Assembly (NCBI GenBank): GCA_018714945.1
Contig: DVMO01000006.1
Location: 945 to 64,944, forward strand
Reading direction: 5' to 3'
From: Candidatus Fimisoma avicola
GTDB lineage: Bacteria; Bacillota; Clostridia; Peptostreptococcales; Anaerovoracaceae
DNA length: 64,000 nucleotides
Of this stretch, positions 1 to 9,457 are shown piece by piece. The position numbers and the translations under genes were made by a program. The notes beneath the pieces were generated by a model, which did no database searches, was not told the DNA's origin, and worked only from the letters and a program-made list of their open reading frames with translations. The stretch's first letter is position 1. Each line of letters opens with the position of its first letter.

Positions 1-1
1 G

Positions 2-142
2 CTTGTCGTATATCCGGCGGCAGGTTTGATACGATATTTTTCGGGTAATAATTTAGTATTGATAAACAAACAGCCGACCCCGTACGACAGCCGGGCGGAT
101 CTGGTAATAAATGACAGCATAGGAAAGGTTTTGGAATTTTAG
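2..142 (+). CDS. C-terminal fragment of a SIR2-family NAD-dependent protein deacylase; the 5' end lies outside the window
   Basis: Open frame from the window edge to TAG at 140-142 translates to LVVYPAAGLIRYFSGNNLVLINKQPTPYDSRADLVINDSIGKVLEF. This matches the typical sirtuin C-terminus (VYPAAGL ... IN...T..D..ADLVI...IG.VL). Confidence 0.6.
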   Translation, partial: LVVYPAAGLIRYFSGNNLVLINKQPTPYDSRADLVINDSIGKVLEF

Positions 143-143
143 C

Positions 144-908
144 ATGAACATACTGATATCAAACGACGATGGAATAGGCACAGAGGGCATCAGAGCTCTT
201 GTAAGGACCATGAAAGAACTGGGTGATGTATATGTGGTGGCGCCCCATACTCAGCGGAGCGCCAGCAGCCATGCCCTCAGCGTGAACGGCCAGATCTCGG
301 TCAAAAAAGTCGACTTTGAAGGGGCCAAAATGGCATTTGAATGTGACGGGACGCCGGCTGACTGTGTCAAGCTCGGAATAGACCTTTTTAAGAGAGAAGG
401 CATTGATATGGATATTGTCTATGCCGGCATAAACCACGGCGGGAACCTGGGTACAGATACCATGTACTCCGGTACTGTTTCAGCAGCAGCGGAGGGAATG
501 ATGGCCGGCCTTCCGGCGGTGGCCGTCTCTGTCAACAGCCATGGCGCCACCCACTTTGAAGGTGCATGTAAACTTGCCGCACAGGTATTGCCATATGCGG
601 TTGGTATGAAAGGACGGCGATGGGTGGTGAGTATAAATACTCCTGATATCCCCGCTGAAAATATAAAAGGCGTCAGGACCGCAATACTCGGCTCTGTGGA
701 ATATGACCAGTGGTTCGAGGAAGTGGACAGAAAGGGAGACATAAGGACATACCAGTACAGAGGGACTCCATCTGAATCAGGATCATGGACAAACGAGACC
801 GATGTAAAACTGATCAGAGAAGGCTATGCGACAATAGCTGCCGTCAGATACGACCTGAATGATCATGATGGACTTGAAAAAATAAAAGAATGGGAGCTGA
901 AAATATGA
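144..908 (+). CDS. surE: 5'/3'-nucleotidase SurE
   Basis: N-terminus MNILISNDDGIGTEGIRAL plus YSGTVSAAAEG, both SurE hallmark motifs; 254 aa. Confidence 0.9.
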   Translation: MNILISNDDGIGTEGIRALVRTMKELGDVYVVAPHTQRSASSHALSVNGQISVKKVDFEGAKMAFECDGTPADCVKLGIDLFKREGIDMDIVYAGINHGGNLGTDTMYSGTVSAAAEGMMAGLPAVAVSVNSHGATHFEGACKLAAQVLPYAVGMKGRRWVVSINTPDIPAENIKGVRTAILGSVEYDQWFEEVDRKGDIRTYQYRGTPSESGSWTNETDVKLIREGYATIAAVRYDLNDHDGLEKIKEWELKI

Positions 909-1459
909 AGGAAATCATCAGACTGCAAAAAGAGGACCTGATCTTCGTGGCCATCGACTATCAGGAAAAACTTCTGCCGGCCATGAACGGCAAAGATATG
1001 ATCGAAAGGAACATCATAAAATTGGCAAAAGGCCTTGATGTGTTTGACATACCCAAACTGGTGACGACACAGTATGCAAAAGGGCTGGGACAGACCATAG
1101 GGCCGGTGGCTGAAGCTCTCGGTGAGTTTGAGCCTTTGGACAAGTCAACTTTCAGTGCTATGGGACTTGAAGAATTCAAAGAAAAACTGGAAAGCGCAGC
1201 AAAGAAAACTGTTGTGATCGCAGGCATAGAGACACATATATGTGTGGAACAGACTGCACTGGATCTGATCCAGGCAGGATACAGGGTGGTACTGGCTGCT
1301 GACTGCTGCGGTTCCCGCAGCGAGATGAACCACAGCCTTTCGCTTATGCGGCTTTCTCAGGCAGGGGCTGTCGTTACCAGTGCGGAAAGCATCCTGTACG
1401 AAATACTGAAAGGAGCAAAAGAAGCTGAATTTAAAGCTATTTCAGCCATAGTCAAATAA
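905..1459 (+). CDS. Isochorismatase-family (cysteine) hydrolase
   Basis: IFVAIDYQ ... VVIAGIETHICVEQTALD ... pattern with catalytic Cys in ETHIC. I prefer the ATG at 905 (ATGA overlap with the surE stop, GGGAG upstream); the ORF track starts at 890. Confidence 0.8.
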   Translation: MKEIIRLQKEDLIFVAIDYQEKLLPAMNGKDMIERNIIKLAKGLDVFDIPKLVTTQYAKGLGQTIGPVAEALGEFEPLDKSTFSAMGLEEFKEKLESAAKKTVVIAGIETHICVEQTALDLIQAGYRVVLAADCCGSRSEMNHSLSLMRLSQAGAVVTSAESILYEILKGAKEAEFKAISAIVK

Positions 1460-1465
1460 AACCGT

Positions 1466-2416
1466 ATGATTTTTGAGAGAAGTTTTGACAATTTAAGCCA
1501 AAAGGATATAGAACTGCTCAACAGCTATTTTGATGGATATGATTACCAGTCATCAAGCCATACATTGGTCGCCAATTATATATGGCGCAATACTCACGAT
1601 CTGAGCTGGCAGGTCATAGGTGATTATCTATGCATTGCCGGGCTTGGGACTCTCGAAACTGAAGAAAAAGAATATTTCATGTCCTTCCCGCTGACTGCCA
1701 GCGGCACATACGAACCGGAAAAAGTCAGACAGACATTGAAGCAGGCCGAGGAGATCTTTGTAAAAAAAGGAAAAAGGCCGGAGATGGGCCTCATACCGGG
1801 GACTCTTGTACCTGTGCTTAAAGAAGCCTTTGGCGATGATGTGGAGGTCAGGCACGAAAGAGACGATGACGACTATATTTATCTCAAAGAAGACCTGATA
1901 AACCTCAGCGGCCGCAAATACCACCAGAAAAAGAACCACCTCAACTATTTTCTGCGTAATTATGAGTTTGTCTATGAAGAAGCCACCCCGCAGATGGTTC
2001 CTGAGATAATGGATTACATCCGCAGCAAAAATGAGTACAAGCTGGGTGAAACCCCAAAAGAGTGGAAAGAGATCCTGGAACTTGAGACAGAAGCCATCGG
2101 AGAACTGCTCACCTTTGTGGGAAAGGGGCTGCTTTCGGGTATCATAAGGATAAACGGCAAGATAGAAGCTGTAACTTTAGGCGAGTTCGCAAAGACAAAC
2201 AGCAGGGAAACCGTTCTTGTCCATGTGGAAAAAGCCGACGACAGGATAAGAGGGCTGTACCAGGCGATCAACAACGAATTCTGCAGGCGGCTGCCGCAGG
2301 AGACGATATATGTGAACAGAGAGGAAGACATGGGGCTGGAAAATCTCCGTCAGACAAAGCTGTCATATAAACCGGTAAAGATGGGCGAAAAATATACGGC
2401 CGTGTTCAAGAGATAA
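1466..2416 (+). CDS. DUF2156-domain protein (phosphatidylglycerol lysyltransferase C-terminal-like fold)
   Basis: 316 aa, with HTLVANYIWRN and KKNHLNYF motifs typical of DUF2156 proteins. Confidence 0.65.
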   Translation: MIFERSFDNLSQKDIELLNSYFDGYDYQSSSHTLVANYIWRNTHDLSWQVIGDYLCIAGLGTLETEEKEYFMSFPLTASGTYEPEKVRQTLKQAEEIFVKKGKRPEMGLIPGTLVPVLKEAFGDDVEVRHERDDDDYIYLKEDLINLSGRKYHQKKNHLNYFLRNYEFVYEEATPQMVPEIMDYIRSKNEYKLGETPKEWKEILELETEAIGELLTFVGKGLLSGIIRINGKIEAVTLGEFAKTNSRETVLVHVEKADDRIRGLYQAINNEFCRRLPQETIYVNREEDMGLENLRQTKLSYKPVKMGEKYTAVFKR

Positions 2417-2558
2417 AAAAGGGCTCATGGGCAGCCGGCACTGGCGGCCCATGAGCCTGTAAACCCTGATAACTTGTTAATTTTAATACTTTTATGGAAA
2501 GTATTTTCCCTTTAACAATGTTATGGTAAAATAAAAGAAATGAAGCAGAACAAGATTA

Positions 2559-2576
2559 TTGTTAATTATTTATCAA
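2559..2576. promoter_or_regulatory. Putative Rex (redox-sensing repressor) operator upstream of the thiolase gene
   Basis: TTGTTAATTATTTATCAA versus the clostridial Rex consensus TTGTTAA-N4-TTAACAA (one mismatch in the right half). It sits in the AT-rich 270-bp region upstream of thiolase. Confidence 0.45.
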
Positions 2577-2687
2577 AAAATGCTTGCTTTATGTTTTGGC
2601 TTGTGTTTTAATAATAATGTATACAAGATGTATCAGTTATTACCATGACACAGGTCAAACAAAGAAATCTAAGGAGGAAACACGAGA

Positions 2688-3866
2688 ATGAGAGAAGTTG
2701 TTATCGTAAGCGCAGCAAGAACACCTATCGGAAGCTTTGGCGGTTCACTGAAGAATGTTCCGACCAGAAAGCTTGGTGCGATCGTTATCAAGAGTGCTAT
2801 CGAAAGAGCCGGGATCAAGCCTGAAATGGTGGAAGAGGTTATCATGGGAGCCGTTCTTCAGGGAGGACTCGGACAGAATGTTGCAAGACAGATGACTTTA
2901 GATGCAGGGCTGCCTATCGAAACTCCTGCTATGACTATCAACAAGGTTTGCGGTTCAGGACTGAGAGCCGTTGAGCTGGCTGCTCAGATCATCAAGGCCG
3001 GAGACGCTGACATCATCGTTGCCGGAGGAGCTGAAAATATGTCCGCTACAGCTTATGCCATGCCTGCTGGAAGATGGGGAGCAAGGATGAACAATGTTCC
3101 TATGGTGGACATGATGGTAAACGACGGTCTGTGGGACGCTTTCAACGGATACCACATGGGTATCACCGCTGAAAATGTTGCTGAGCAGTGGGGTATCACC
3201 AGAGAAGAACTGGATGAATTCTCAGCAATTTCCCAGAACAGAGTTGAAGCCGCCATCAAAGAGGGCAAATTCAAAGATGAGATCGTTCCGGTTGAAATTC
3301 CTCAGAGAAAAGGTGATCCGATCGTATTCGACACTGACGAGTTCCCAAGATTCGGAACCACCAAAGAAGCTCTTGCTAAGCTTAAACCGGCTTTCAAGAA
3401 AGACGGAATCGTAACTGCAGGAAACGCTTCCGGAATCAATGATGCCGGAGCAGCAGTAGTAGTAATGTCAAAGGAAAAAGCTGAAGAGCTTGGGATCAAG
3501 CCTATGTGCACCATCAAATCCTACGCTTCCGCCGGCGTTGATCCTTCCATCATGGGCGTTGGACCGGTCCCTGCTTCCAAGAAAGCTCTGGAAAAAGCCG
3601 GACTGACCATCGCAGATATGGATCTGGTAGAAGCCAACGAAGCTTTTGCTGCCCAGTCACTGGCAGTAAGAAAAGACCTTGGCCTTGACCCTGAAAAAAC
3701 CAATGTAAACGGAGGCGCCATCGCCATAGGACACCCTATCGGAGCATCCGGATGCAGGATCCTCATCACCCTGATCTATGAGATGATGAGAAGAGACTCC
3801 AAGTACGGCCTTGCCACCCTGTGCATCGGCGGCGGTATGGGTACTGCTATGGTTGTTGAAAGATAA
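2688..3866 (+). CDS. thlA: Acetyl-CoA C-acetyltransferase (thiolase)
   Basis: 392 aa. [32 protein letters not shown] (active-site Cys), [15 protein letters not shown] and CIGGGMG motifs. Strong AGGAGG RBS and highly biased codon usage. Confidence 0.95.
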   Translation: MREVVIVSAARTPIGSFGGSLKNVPTRKLGAIVIKSAIERAGIKPEMVEEVIMGAVLQGGLGQNVARQMTLDAGLPIETPAMTINKVCGSGLRAVELAAQIIKAGDADIIVAGGAENMSATAYAMPAGRWGARMNNVPMVDMMVNDGLWDAFNGYHMGITAENVAEQWGITREELDEFSAISQNRVEAAIKEGKFKDEIVPVEIPQRKGDPIVFDTDEFPRFGTTKEALAKLKPAFKKDGIVTAGNASGINDAGAAVVVMSKEKAEELGIKPMCTIKSYASAGVDPSIMGVGPVPASKKALEKAGLTIADMDLVEANEAFAAQSLAVRKDLGLDPEKTNVNGGAIAIGHPIGASGCRILITLIYEMMRRDSKYGLATLCIGGGMGTAMVVER

Positions 3867-3890
3867 GTCAACTGACAGTAAACGACTTTT

Positions 3891-3921
3891 AAAGGCTGCC
3901 TGCGATCAGGCAGCCTTTTTG
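3891..3921 (+). terminator. Rho-independent terminator after thiolase
   Basis: GGCTGCCTG-CGAT-CAGGCAGCC hairpin followed by TTTTT. Confidence 0.8.
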
Positions 3922-3952
3922 TGAGCAAATTACCGGAGGAGACAATACATAT

Positions 3953-4837
3953 ATGGAGAGACCCAACAGACAAACCGGCGCCAATCTGATACTTGTGCTG
4001 GTAGCTGCCATATGGGGCGGCGGATTCATAGCAGGTAAAATGGCCCTGACGGACATGGAGCCATTTGCAGTCATTGCATTCAGATACTGTGCAGGCGCCA
4101 TTTTGTGCGCAGTTTTCTTATTTAAACGGATAAGAGCAGCATCCTTTGATCTGATCAAAAAAGGTGTGCTGATCGGCCTGATACAGGTGACCGGCCAGGC
4201 AGTACAGTTAATAGGCCTTCAGTATACGACCAGTGCGAACCAGTCGTTCCTCTGCAGTTCATATGTGGCGTTTGTGCCATTTATAAGCTGGATACTGATA
4301 GGAAAAAGGCCCCAGGCAAGGGCATTCATCGCCGGTCTTGCAGCTCTGGGAGGTATTGGTCTCATATCATTGAATGGTTCCCTTGAGATCGGTATGGGCG
4401 ACAGTCTGAGCGTTTTGTTTGCCGTCCTGTTCGGACTGCAGATCGTTGCCGTGGGCATTTTTGCCGATGAAAATACCGATGTTTTTGCGATGTCATTTTT
4501 TCAGATGCTGACCGCCGGACTGGTCGGTCTTGGCGGCTGTGCTGTACTTGGTCAGTGGACTTTACCCGGCGGAACAGAATCATGGACTGGTATCACATAT
4601 CTTGCAGTGCTGAACACTTTCGTTGCATTTCTTGCACAGAACTGGGCTCAGAAATATGCCAGGGACACAACGGCGGCCCTGCTGATGAGCCTGGAATCCC
4701 TTTTCGGATTCCTGTTTTCTGTACTGTACTATCACGAGACGATAACGGTCAGGTTCCTGCTGGGCAGCGTCCTTTGCTTTGGGGCAGTGCTGCTGAACAC
4801 CATAGGGAAAAAGGAGGCTGCTTCGGAAACAGATTGA
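3953..4837 (+). CDS. DMT-superfamily (EamA-type) transporter
   Basis: 294 aa, about 10 hydrophobic segments, two EamA-like halves. Confidence 0.8.
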   Translation: MERPNRQTGANLILVLVAAIWGGGFIAGKMALTDMEPFAVIAFRYCAGAILCAVFLFKRIRAASFDLIKKGVLIGLIQVTGQAVQLIGLQYTTSANQSFLCSSYVAFVPFISWILIGKRPQARAFIAGLAALGGIGLISLNGSLEIGMGDSLSVLFAVLFGLQIVAVGIFADENTDVFAMSFFQMLTAGLVGLGGCAVLGQWTLPGGTESWTGITYLAVLNTFVAFLAQNWAQKYARDTTAALLMSLESLFGFLFSVLYYHETITVRFLLGSVLCFGAVLLNTIGKKEAASETD

Positions 4838-4854
4838 AGGAGCAGTACACATGG

Positions 4855-4877
4855 AGACGGATATCCGTCTTTTTTTT
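4855..4877 (+). terminator. Rho-independent terminator
   Basis: AGACGG-ATAT-CCGTCT followed by T7. Confidence 0.75.
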
Positions 4878-4993
4878 GCGCCCGATGCAGGCGCCGGAAG
4901 CATGCCTTGCCGGCATATTTTTTATATGATATCATTGTCACAAAGGACCTCCCCGATTGTTTATATATTGAGAGAGGAAAGGAGGGAGCAGGG

Positions 4994-5497
4994 TTGAAAA
5001 GAGAGAAAGCCAAGAGCGATATCGGCGCCATGTACGAACGCTATTACGGCAGACTGATGCTCATCGCCTGCTCCTATACCCACGATAAGACACAGGCGGA
5101 AGACCTGGTACATGAGGCTTTTTTGAAAGCGATACTATCCTATCATGCGACAGGGAGTTTCCTATCATGGGCGGCCAGGGTCATCCGCAACGACTGGCTT
5201 AATAAGTGTAAACATGAGAAGTTCATGGATGACATGGACATAGGGCAGCTTTCCCTGCCGGCTCAGGAAGACCTGCTGAGAGACTACATCGCAGGAGAGG
5301 AAAAACTGCGGCTGGCGGCTATGATCTCATCTCTGCCAGAAAGATACCGTTCTGTGATGATCGCCAGCGTATATCTCAACGAGGACAATGCCCATATTGC
5401 CGCTACCCATGGCATTACAGAAGAAAATGTAAGGCAGATCAAGTCCCGCGCAAAGAAAATGCTTATCAGGATGAGGGAGGAAGAGGATGAAAAATAA
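4994..5497 (+). CDS. ECF-type RNA polymerase sigma-70 family factor
   Basis: Region 2 (EDLVHEAFLKA) and region 4 (ITEENVRQIKSRAKKML) are recognisable. I prefer the TTG at 4994 behind GGAAAGGAGGGAG; an ATG at 5030 is an alternative and the ORF track starts at 4907. Confidence 0.8.
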   Translation: MKREKAKSDIGAMYERYYGRLMLIACSYTHDKTQAEDLVHEAFLKAILSYHATGSFLSWAARVIRNDWLNKCKHEKFMDDMDIGQLSLPAQEDLLRDYIAGEEKLRLAAMISSLPERYRSVMIASVYLNEDNAHIAATHGITEENVRQIKSRAKKMLIRMREEEDEK

Positions 5498-6476
5498 AAA
5501 TATAAATGATGATCTGAAAAACCTCGCCATGGAGAATGACAAAGACTTCGACGCCTATATTGAAAAAGCAATAAACAGAAGGATAAAAAAGATCGCAGCC
5601 AGGACATTTATCGTCATGCTGGCGGCGGTGGTCGCCGTGATTTTCTGCATAAGCCCGCTGATGAGGCTGATCTTCCCTGATGCGGTCAGGATGGAAAAGG
5701 ATGGGCAGCAGCTTTTGACCCTCATGCGGGCATATTACGAGACGACCATGCCGTGGAAAGAGGTCATATCCCTGGAAGCAGAAAGCGACGGTTTCGGATG
5801 TTACACCCTGAACATGGATGTGACGGATCTGCGCCGCCAGCAATATATAGGCGAGGTCAATGTCCAGATGGCCATGCGCCTGGGGAAGCTGTCGGTAAAG
5901 AACGATCCGGAACACCTGACGGTCTTTGAGACCGGGAAATTTTATACAGAAAATATGGATGAAGTCACCGACCCGGATGCCATGATCGAGGAACTGGAAA
6001 AACTTCCCGAATCGGCCACCATATATATTTCCGTATCCCAGAAAGAGGCCTCCGATGTGAGCACTGTCATGGACCGTGCCGGCAGCATGCTCTGGTGGCT
6101 CCAGGTCTATGAGCCGGAAAACACTTTCCAGGCTGGGGTCAGCACGGCCATGAGCGCTTCTTACGGCGACAGGGACACTTACCGCAGCCAGATGACAGCC
6201 GCAGAAATAAAGCAGATATATCTTGAAAACCTGGGAATATTAAGAGATAATATGGATATATGGAAAGACCTGAATGTCTGCAGCAATTCTACCGTGTACT
6301 ATCAGGCACCGCAAGTGATCGACGAGGCCATAGCGGCCGCACAGGCGGATGATTCCTTTATGACTGTCAATTACTGCCTGGCCGGAAGCAAGGAAAAGGT
6401 GCTGGACTATCTCAGGTCTGCAGACCTGGCAATGCTCGTTGTGGAAAGGGTAGACGCCGGGGGATTCGGAGGATGA
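5487..6476 (+). CDS. Putative anti-sigma factor (single-pass membrane protein)
   Basis: Overlaps the sigma gene's end. Short cytoplasmic N-terminus, one TM helix (FIVMLAAVVAVIFCISPL), large extracytoplasmic domain. The call is by context. Confidence 0.55.
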   Translation: MKNKNINDDLKNLAMENDKDFDAYIEKAINRRIKKIAARTFIVMLAAVVAVIFCISPLMRLIFPDAVRMEKDGQQLLTLMRAYYETTMPWKEVISLEAESDGFGCYTLNMDVTDLRRQQYIGEVNVQMAMRLGKLSVKNDPEHLTVFETGKFYTENMDEVTDPDAMIEELEKLPESATIYISVSQKEASDVSTVMDRAGSMLWWLQVYEPENTFQAGVSTAMSASYGDRDTYRSQMTAAEIKQIYLENLGILRDNMDIWKDLNVCSNSTVYYQAPQVIDEAIAAAQADDSFMTVNYCLAGSKEKVLDYLRSADLAMLVVERVDAGGFGG

Positions 6477-6482
6477 CAGAGA

Positions 6483-7229
6483 ATGATCTTATATTTTACA
6501 GGAACGGGGAACAGCCGCCATCTGGCGGCCATGCTTCCGCAGCTCATAGGTGATGAGGACATCATGGACATGACAGCCATGATAAAAAGCGGACAGACAG
6601 GGGACTTCCATTCGGAAAAACCTTTCATCTTTGTAATGCCGACTTATGCATGGCGTATGCCGCGGATAGCAAGCGAGTTTATAGAAAGGAGCAGCTTTTC
6701 CGGGACCGACAGGGCCTATTTCATCCTGACCTGCGGTTCATCATCAGGGAACGCCGCCAAATATGCTGCCCGGCTGTGCCGGGACAAAGGCTTTGACTTT
6801 TGCGGCTGCATAGGCATCAGGATGCCGGAAAACTATGTGGCCATGTTCAGCGTTCCTGACGAAGAAACTTCGGCGCGCCTCATCGGAGCCGCCGAGAGGA
6901 GACTAAGGGCTGCCGCCGCAAAGATCAGTGCCGGAGAAAAACTCATGCAAAAAAGCTCTCTGCTGGGTGCGATAGAGAGCTCCATAGTAAATGTGCTGTT
7001 TTACAAGTTTGCCGTGAACGCCAAAGGCTTCAGGACTACTGACGGATGTACGGGATGCGGCTTATGCCGGCAGGTATGTCCCACCAACAATATAGCCATC
7101 GTGAACGGCAGGCCCAAATGGTCAGATAACTGCACTCACTGTATGGCCTGTATCTGCCGCTGTCCGGCCGAAGCCATCGAGTACGGCAGAGCCTCTGTGG
7201 GAAAGAGAAGGTACTATCTGGATGACTGA
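6483..7229 (+). CDS. Flavodoxin-like / 4Fe-4S ferredoxin fusion protein (EFR1-type)
   Basis: MILYFTGTGNSRHLA flavodoxin-like N-terminus. C-terminal CTGCGLCRQVCP and CTHCMACICRCP ferredoxin motifs. Confidence 0.7.
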   Translation: MILYFTGTGNSRHLAAMLPQLIGDEDIMDMTAMIKSGQTGDFHSEKPFIFVMPTYAWRMPRIASEFIERSSFSGTDRAYFILTCGSSSGNAAKYAARLCRDKGFDFCGCIGIRMPENYVAMFSVPDEETSARLIGAAERRLRAAAAKISAGEKLMQKSSLLGAIESSIVNVLFYKFAVNAKGFRTTDGCTGCGLCRQVCPTNNIAIVNGRPKWSDNCTHCMACICRCPAEAIEYGRASVGKRRYYLDD

Positions 7230-7255
7230 GATCCATGAAGTTTTTACAAATGTTC

Positions 7256-7287
7256 CATCCTGCCGGTAAGACAGGATGATTTTTTTA
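7256..7287 (+). terminator. Rho-independent terminator
   Basis: CATCCTG-(9 nt)-CAGGATG followed by T7. Confidence 0.75.
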
Positions 7288-7363
7288 TTCAGGGGCGGAC
7301 ATATGAGATCTGTGATCCGGCATGCAGTACGGGGCAGGCAGAGCCGCCCCTTGTGGCATCTGG

Positions 7364-8152
7364 CTATGCTTCCCCAAGATATTCTTCTAAGGTCAGGCCG
7401 GAGCCGGTTATCTCCTTTGCCGTATCAACCCCCACATATCGCAGGTGCCATGGCTCGTAATCGTAGCCGGTTATGTGGGTCTTGCCCTCTGGATATCGGA
7501 TGATGAATCCATATTCGCTGCAATGCTCATTTATCCACTGTCCTTCAGGATAGTTTATGAAATCCTGACTGAGGCCGTATCCCATGGATGCTGAAGTTAT
7601 GTCGACTGCCCAGCCTGTGTGGTGTTCGCTCCTGCCGGGATAGGCAGTACGGGTATAAGTGAAGTCTGCTCCATAGGCCGAAAGGGAACTGTCATAAAGG
7701 CTTTTCTGGGTGTCGTATGATCTGTAGGCAGAACATATGAGGAAGTTGATACCATCCGCTTTGGCCGCCGAAAGCATTTTCAGGTAAGCATCATAGGCTT
7801 CCCGCTTGAAATATAGCCCCTGATTGGTGGAAAGGGATCCGTCAACAGCCACCATGTCTGTCGGATAGTAATCTGCGCTTACCGTATGGAGCTTGTTGAC
7901 CAGCACAAGAAGGCCGCCGTCGTCTGAGGAACGGACATCGATAGGATCAGGCAGCCCGGTCATGTCTATGCCGGCAGAAGCAGAACCTGAAGCCGTTTGA
8001 TCATCGGGCTCCTGCGTATCAGTGGTCTGGCTGTCTGAGCCGGGGCTGCTGCTGTCATTGTTTTCGTCTCCGGAAATGGAGGGATTGCAGCCGGCAAGCA
8101 GGATTAAAACGGTGATCAGTAAAAACAGTTTTGTTATCATATGTTTCTTCAT
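7364..8152 (-). CDS. VanY-type (M15B) D-alanyl-D-alanine carboxypeptidase, lipoprotein
   Basis: Lipobox LLAGC after a signal peptide, Ser/Asp-rich linker, SAYRSY ... GRSEHHTG ... EPWHLRY zinc-peptidase motifs. Confidence 0.8.
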   Translation of the reverse strand: MKKHMITKLFLLITVLILLAGCNPSISGDENNDSSSPGSDSQTTDTQEPDDQTASGSASAGIDMTGLPDPIDVRSSDDGGLLVLVNKLHTVSADYYPTDMVAVDGSLSTNQGLYFKREAYDAYLKMLSAAKADGINFLICSAYRSYDTQKSLYDSSLSAYGADFTYTRTAYPGRSEHHTGWAVDITSASMGYGLSQDFINYPEGQWINEHCSEYGFIIRYPEGKTHITGYDYEPWHLRYVGVDTAKEITGSGLTLEEYLGEA

Positions 8153-8157
8153 ATTTC

Positions 8158-8204
8158 GTTAATCTCCTTGAGGATTATTGTAGGTTAATCTCCTTGAGGA
8201 TTAT
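8158..8204. repeat. Tandem duplication (2 x 21 nt, 26-nt period) of the vanY-like gene's RBS-containing leader
   Basis: GTTAATCTCCTTGAGGATTAT occurs at 8158-8178 and again, identical, at 8184-8204. Confidence 0.85.
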
Positions 8205-8397
8205 AGTATATTATAACTGGAATTTCGTGTCAAAACAAACCTGTATCACGGGCACGGAATTTGTACAGATAACGCATATTGTAAAAAAGATATCTGCACT
8301 CTCCTTTTGCATTTTGCATACAGTTGTGCTATGATGAAAGTGCATATTTTTGAACAGAAATTAAGGCGAAAGCCGGTGGAAGGTCTAATGGATAAAA

Positions 8398-9339
8398 ATG
8401 GTAAAGAACTTAGTTGTCGCAGTTGAAGCAGTAGCGCCCATGTTCTTGATCATGGTAATTGGAGTTTTGACGCGCAGGGCGGGCCTCATAAACGAGGCGG
8501 AAACCAAGCGCCTGAACAAGCTGGTGTTTACGGTTTTCTTCCCGCCGATGATGTTCGACAACCTATACGGGGCGGAGATCGGCGACGCTTTTGACATTAA
8601 ACTGATAGTCTTTTGCCTGGCGATGATATTGGCGGTGATCGCCGTTTCCGCGCTCATCATCTTAAAAATAGAAAAGGACAACCGTACGCGCGGCGCCATG
8701 ATTCAGGCAATCTACCGCAGTAACCTCGTAATCATGGGACTGCCGCTTGTTTCCAATATTTTCGGCGACGAAAACCTCACCACCACGGCGGTGACGATCG
8801 CCATCGTCGTGCCGGCATACAATGTTCTGGCCGTGATCCTGCTCGAGTTTTTCCGCGGCGGCAAACCAAACGCCGGCCAGATCATCAGGGGCATATTCAC
8901 CAACCCGCTGATTCTCGGCGCGATTGCCGGCGCTTTGACTATAGTTTTACATATCGAGCTGCCGGACTTTCTGGAAAGCACGATCTCGTCGATGGACGCG
9001 GTCGCTACGCCGATGGCTCTGCTGGTGCTGGGCGCGTCGCTGAACAAGAAGAGCCTTTCGCATTCATGGCGAAATCTGATAATCTGCGTATCGGGAAGGC
9101 TGATCATCGTGCCTGCCGTCGCCCTCACCCTCGGCGCCCTGCTGGGCCTGCGCGGCATCGAATTTGCTACGATGATACCGGTGTTCGCTTCGCCGACAGG
9201 GATCTCTTCTTATACGATGGCGGCGCAGATGGGCAGCGACGGAGAACTGGCAGGCAACTGCGTGGTATTTTCTTCGGCGCTGTCGAGTCTTACCCTGTTT
9301 TTCTGGATATTTCTCTTTAAGACGCTGGGAATGTTCTGA
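8398..9339 (+). CDS. AEC-family (auxin efflux carrier-like) transporter
   Basis: 313 aa polytopic membrane protein with the typical AEC two-half architecture. Confidence 0.75.
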   Translation: MVKNLVVAVEAVAPMFLIMVIGVLTRRAGLINEAETKRLNKLVFTVFFPPMMFDNLYGAEIGDAFDIKLIVFCLAMILAVIAVSALIILKIEKDNRTRGAMIQAIYRSNLVIMGLPLVSNIFGDENLTTTAVTIAIVVPAYNVLAVILLEFFRGGKPNAGQIIRGIFTNPLILGAIAGALTIVLHIELPDFLESTISSMDAVATPMALLVLGASLNKKSLSHSWRNLIICVSGRLIIVPAVALTLGALLGLRGIEFATMIPVFASPTGISSYTMAAQMGSDGELAGNCVVFSSALSSLTLFFWIFLFKTLGMF

Positions 9340-9457
9340 GCGCCCGCGCGGGCTGGTAAAACTTGGCTGGATAAATGCGGCGGATGATGGTATAATTGAT
9401 GCAAGATGTTATGCCGCAGTCCGGCGCCGTACAAATCAACCCATGGGAGGATAATAT

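Noticed and set aside
9340-9457. Possible T-box leader upstream of glnS.
   Set aside because: Only ~118 nt are available, and they hold a GC palindrome (terminator of the AEC gene) and a TATAAT box. No specifier-loop or T-box sequence is present.
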